NCBI GenBank assembly: GCA_038243585.1 | Contig: JBBSQY010000006.1 | Coordinates: 34,764 to 98,763 of the forward strand | Direction of reading: 5' to 3' | DNA from: Candidatus Sumerlaeales bacterium | Lineage (GTDB): Bacteria; Sumerlaeota; Sumerlaeia; Sumerlaeales; Sumerlaeaceae | DNA length: 64,000 bases | Shown: piece after piece, positions 61,302 through 64,000 of the stretch | Layout: each line of letters opens with the position of its first letter | Position numbering within the stretch: position 1 is the first letter of the stretch | Translations under genes and position numbers: made by a program | Notes under the pieces: model-generated | What the model was told of the DNA's origin: nothing | Databases searched by the model: none | Seen by the model: the letters and a program-made list of their open reading frames with translations, nothing else

Positions 61302-62212
61302 TGGCCAACCGCATACCACCATCGGACGATAAGATACGCGAGCAATTCAACGCCCTGGACAAGGTTAAACGGGCGTACATTGCGCTTGATCAATTCAGTA
61401 ATATGTCAGCTGAGGCAACGGCTTTGTGGCACTACCTGGCCTGTAGGCGTTCGAATGAAACGGGTACCGCGTGGCCACCATATAGAGACCTGATGAGGCG
61501 CTTTGGTTGGAGTAAGCCAACACTGGATGAAGCCATTGCAGAACTGGAAGAGCGCCTTCCTGGTGCCTTTGCTGTTAAGAAAAACAGCGGTAAATCCAGC
61601 AACACCTACAGCATAGCAAAGCAGGTAGACTGGCCAGAGGATCTGATTAATGATCTCCGGTGGAACTCAGGCCGGCGACATGTTCATATAAAGCGGGTAC
61701 CCACAAAACCACGAAGTAAACCAAACCCTAGACCATGGAAAAGCTCTAGTGTTTCGACGTGCGAAACACAGCCTAGCGTTCCGACGTGCGAAACGCATAG
61801 TGTTTCGACGTACGAAACGCATAGCGTTCCGACGTGCGAAACGCTAGGGGCTGTTAGTGTTCCGCACGTCAAAACACCCTATGGAAATAATAGTGGAAGT
61901 GGTTCTGGAAGTGGGTCTGGAAGTGTAGAGAAAAGCATTACTGGAAGTGAAAGAGCTGTTGTAAACAGCCATGATAATGCTTATAATGGCACTCGGCCTC
62001 AAAAACGCCCCGACAGTAGTGCAGCAGATGCACTACCGGAAGTGCACGACGTTCCCACAAGGTGCCATACCTGCGAAAGAGAGCTGACACCAGGTCAGGG
62101 AAGAATGGACGGCGGCAAGCTGTTCTGCGGATTTGATTGTCTCGGCAAGCACCTCGAAGAACCTGTCAAAGATTTATGGGCAGGTGTGGATTCTGATGGG
62201 GGTGCCAAATGA
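61301..62212 (+). CDS. Replication initiator-like protein (N-terminal wHTH, internal iterons, C-terminal Cys4 motif)
   Basis: LWHYLACRR...AWPPYRDLMRRFGWSKPTLDEAIAELEE...SNTY is a phage replisome-organiser-type HTH; repeat block mid-gene. Confidence 0.72.
   Translation: MANRIPPSDDKIREQFNALDKVKRAYIALDQFSNMSAEATALWHYLACRRSNETGTAWPPYRDLMRRFGWSKPTLDEAIAELEERLPGAFAVKKNSGKSSNTYSIAKQVDWPEDLINDLRWNSGRRHVHIKRVPTKPRSKPNPRPWKSSSVSTCETQPSVPTCETHSVSTYETHSVPTCETLGAVSVPHVKTPYGNNSGSGSGSGSGSVEKSITGSERAVVNSHDNAYNGTRPQKRPDSSAADALPEVHDVPTRCHTCERELTPGQGRMDGGKLFCGFDCLGKHLEEPVKDLWAGVDSDGGAK
61747..61877. repeat. Iteron array / putative replication origin
   Basis: Four direct copies of TAGYGTTYCGACGTRCGAAACRC at 61747, 61774, 61798 and 61822, plus a copy with an inverted core at 61855. 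Confidence 0.85.
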
Positions 62213-62520
62213 GCGCCCCGCTGGAGTTTAAGCCTGGCGTGTTCTACCCGTTCGACCACCTGGAGAAGCAGCTGGCGGGCGTGATGACGGTAAAGACGTT
62301 CCTCATGGGCCTTGGCTTGGACTGTACCGGGCGCAACCGGACGTTTCAGAATGGCGTCATGGGTGATGAGATCCTCGAGGCCATGAAGAATGCGGCCAGA
62401 AAGCCGAAAGCGACGCCTGCGTCGCAACCCCATGTTGACCGGGTTCGAAAGCGCGGACGCCCATCCGAACAGCAGGGGAATGATTTCAGGCCAGTAACCC
62501 GCAAGGATCTACTTGACTGA
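62209..62520 (+). CDS. Small basic protein, putative excisionase/DNA-binding
   Basis: ATGA overlap with rep; lies upstream of the integrase; RKRGRP motif. Function inferred from position only. Confidence 0.5.
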   Translation: MSAPLEFKPGVFYPFDHLEKQLAGVMTVKTFLMGLGLDCTGRNRTFQNGVMGDEILEAMKNAARKPKATPASQPHVDRVRKRGRPSEQQGNDFRPVTRKDLLD

Positions 62521-62621
62521 TGCGCCCGGTTAAAGAGACCCGTATTCTTGACCATGCTTTTGACGATGACGAGAACGATGACGACAGCGGCAAAACCATT
62601 CCTATGGCGGAATGGGGGTGA
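62520..62621 (+). CDS. 33-aa acidic mini-ORF
   Basis: TGATG overlap with the upstream stop; ends 1 nt before the integrase ATG. Confidence 0.4.
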   Translation: MRPVKETRILDHAFDDDENDDDSGKTIPMAEWG

Positions 62622-62622
62622 C

Positions 62623-63873
62623 ATGATGAAAACATCTACTTCAACCCGCTGGCGAAAGATTCGCATCCCTGGCTTTGTGTCGCTGTTCCACGATGGAGAA
62701 ACCGCTTTCCGGATTCGCTACACTGAGCCTGGTACCGGAAAAGACGTCCGACACCGCCTGCCAGTCGACACCCTCGAAGAGGCCAAGAAGATTGTGCGCG
62801 GCTGTAACGCTGAAATCGGAAACGAGCGCAAGATTCCCGGCATGAAGTCGAAGGTTCCGAAAAAGGAAACCGTGCGAAGCTCACTCCTTGAGGCGTTAAA
62901 GGCCATGGGCGGAAACTCTGACACCCAAGCGCGAGCAATGCAGGGCGTAAACCGCTTCCTGAAGTTCCTACAGGCCAGATACCCTACTGTGGCCGTATGG
63001 CAGGACATACGCCCTTCCATGTGTCTGGCATGGGTCAAGGCAATGGACGAAGAGGGCATGGCCTACGACACGTTCCGGCTTGCCCTGGTGCCGATTAAGT
63101 ACGCGAGCACTTACTGGCATGAGGAAATGGCCTATGATGACGTGATGGCGTCAAAACTGGTGCGGTCGAGGGTCCGGACGGTAAGAAAGAACCGGCCACA
63201 ATCGAAAACCGGCACGGCGCTGACTGCCAAGGAGCTGACAGCGTTCATGGAATGGCTAAAGGAAAACAAGCCTTTGCTCTATCCCATGGCCATGCTGATG
63301 GGCCTGGCAGGTCTACGCATGTTTGAGGCGGCGTACCTGCGCCGCTGCGACGTGGATTTCACCAATGGAACTGTGACGGTTGATAAAACCCCTCTGCATA
63401 CGCCAAAGAACCGGCCAAGCCACAGGGCAATTCCTGTTCACCAGGCGGCGCTCCAGGCAGTCAGAGACCATTTGGCACACTCAAAGGTCCAGACTATTGG
63501 CGATGAGCTATTCACGCACTCAGGCGGCGGCCCGTGGAAGTCTAACGGGCTTTTCAGTGCATGGCGCTATGCAATGATTGAGGCCCGTGCGGCGTGCGGT
63601 CTTCCGGCGGATTTCAAGGCCAGAAACCTGCGTGCGACGTTCGTAACGCTTTCAAGGCGAGCAAAGGCCGATTATCCCATACTGAAACAGTACATCGGCC
63701 ATACAGCTGGCGACATGATCGGAGAGCATTACGAATCGGTAACGGTTGCGGATCTGCGGCGGGAAGTAGTGGACGTTTTTCAGAGCTTTTTGGATGCCGA
63801 TGTCAACAATCTGGCAGAACCCTCGAAAACTGAGGCTGAAAGTGCATTGAAGGTCAACATTATCGGGCTGTAG
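62623..63873 (+). CDS. Tyrosine recombinase/integrase
   Basis: GLRMFE (R), TPKN (K), RNLRAT (HxxR variant), IGH and EHY (Y). ATG 62623 follows GGGGGTG. Ends 15 bp from the att repeat. Confidence 0.93.
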   Translation: MMKTSTSTRWRKIRIPGFVSLFHDGETAFRIRYTEPGTGKDVRHRLPVDTLEEAKKIVRGCNAEIGNERKIPGMKSKVPKKETVRSSLLEALKAMGGNSDTQARAMQGVNRFLKFLQARYPTVAVWQDIRPSMCLAWVKAMDEEGMAYDTFRLALVPIKYASTYWHEEMAYDDVMASKLVRSRVRTVRKNRPQSKTGTALTAKELTAFMEWLKENKPLLYPMAMLMGLAGLRMFEAAYLRRCDVDFTNGTVTVDKTPLHTPKNRPSHRAIPVHQAALQAVRDHLAHSKVQTIGDELFTHSGGGPWKSNGLFSAWRYAMIEARAACGLPADFKARNLRATFVTLSRRAKADYPILKQYIGHTAGDMIGEHYESVTVADLRREVVDVFQSFLDADVNNLAEPSKTEAESALKVNIIGL

Positions 63874-63888
63874 TCAAAACCGGCACGC

Positions 63889-63930
63889 AGGATTTTGAGT
63901 CCTCTGCGTCTGCCATTCCGCCACTTCGGC
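63889..63930. repeat. att core, right copy (5' half of tRNA-Leu only)
   Basis: Identical to 55579-55620; the tRNA match stops after the anticodon stem. Confidence 0.97.
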
Positions 63931-64000
63931 GCGGTTTAACGAAAGCTTGATTACCCAGATTAGTCATGGTTATTTCCGTTTCATATGATACAGCCTCCTG

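Larger units (their letters stand above)
55579..63930 (+). mobile_element. Integrated ~8.3-kb phage-satellite-like element
   Basis: Flanked by a perfect 42-bp direct repeat; tyrosine integrase next to the right repeat; carries capsid, scaffold and replication genes. Confidence 0.92.

Noticed and set aside
61747..61877. CRISPR-like array
   Set aside because: Repeats are nearly abutting (1-10 nt apart) with no unique spacers, lie in frame within a gene, and no cas genes are present; iterons fit better.
60500..62578. TGACGATGACGAG(G)AACGA at ~60500 and ~62561
   Set aside because: Low-complexity GAC/GAT sequence in only two copies; may be chance, and no role can be supported.
63889..63930. Second tRNA-Leu gene
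   Set aside because: Only the 5' 42 nt are present, with no variable arm, T-arm or CCA; it is the att repeat.

Overview
Bacterial chromosomal window. About 55.5 kb is housekeeping DNA: gcvT-H-PA-PB, ruvB, argD-argF, a CPA1 antiporter with dacA/ybbR and pdxJ, nhaA, tRNA-Gly, lepB, XPB helicase plus partner, tilS, smpB, rplJL with an L10 leader, rpe and a DnaK/J-TPR pair. The last ~8.3 kb is a complete integrated element bounded by a 42-bp direct repeat that is the 5' half of tRNA-Leu(CAA) (55579-55620 and 63889-63930). All element genes are on the + strand. They encode a T4 gp55-like sigma-region-2 protein, a scaffold, an HK97-fold major capsid protein, a Mu gpG-like morphogenesis protein, several orphans, a lambda-O-style replication protein with internal iterons, a putative excisionase and a tyrosine integrase. 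I see no terminase, portal, tail or lysis genes. It looks like an unusual capsid-encoding phage satellite. It also appears to supply a replacement promoter for the tRNA it integrates into, and carries arm-type repeats, a phased C-tract array and a C4-like structured RNA. Protein calls come from motif recognition by eye; no database searches were run.
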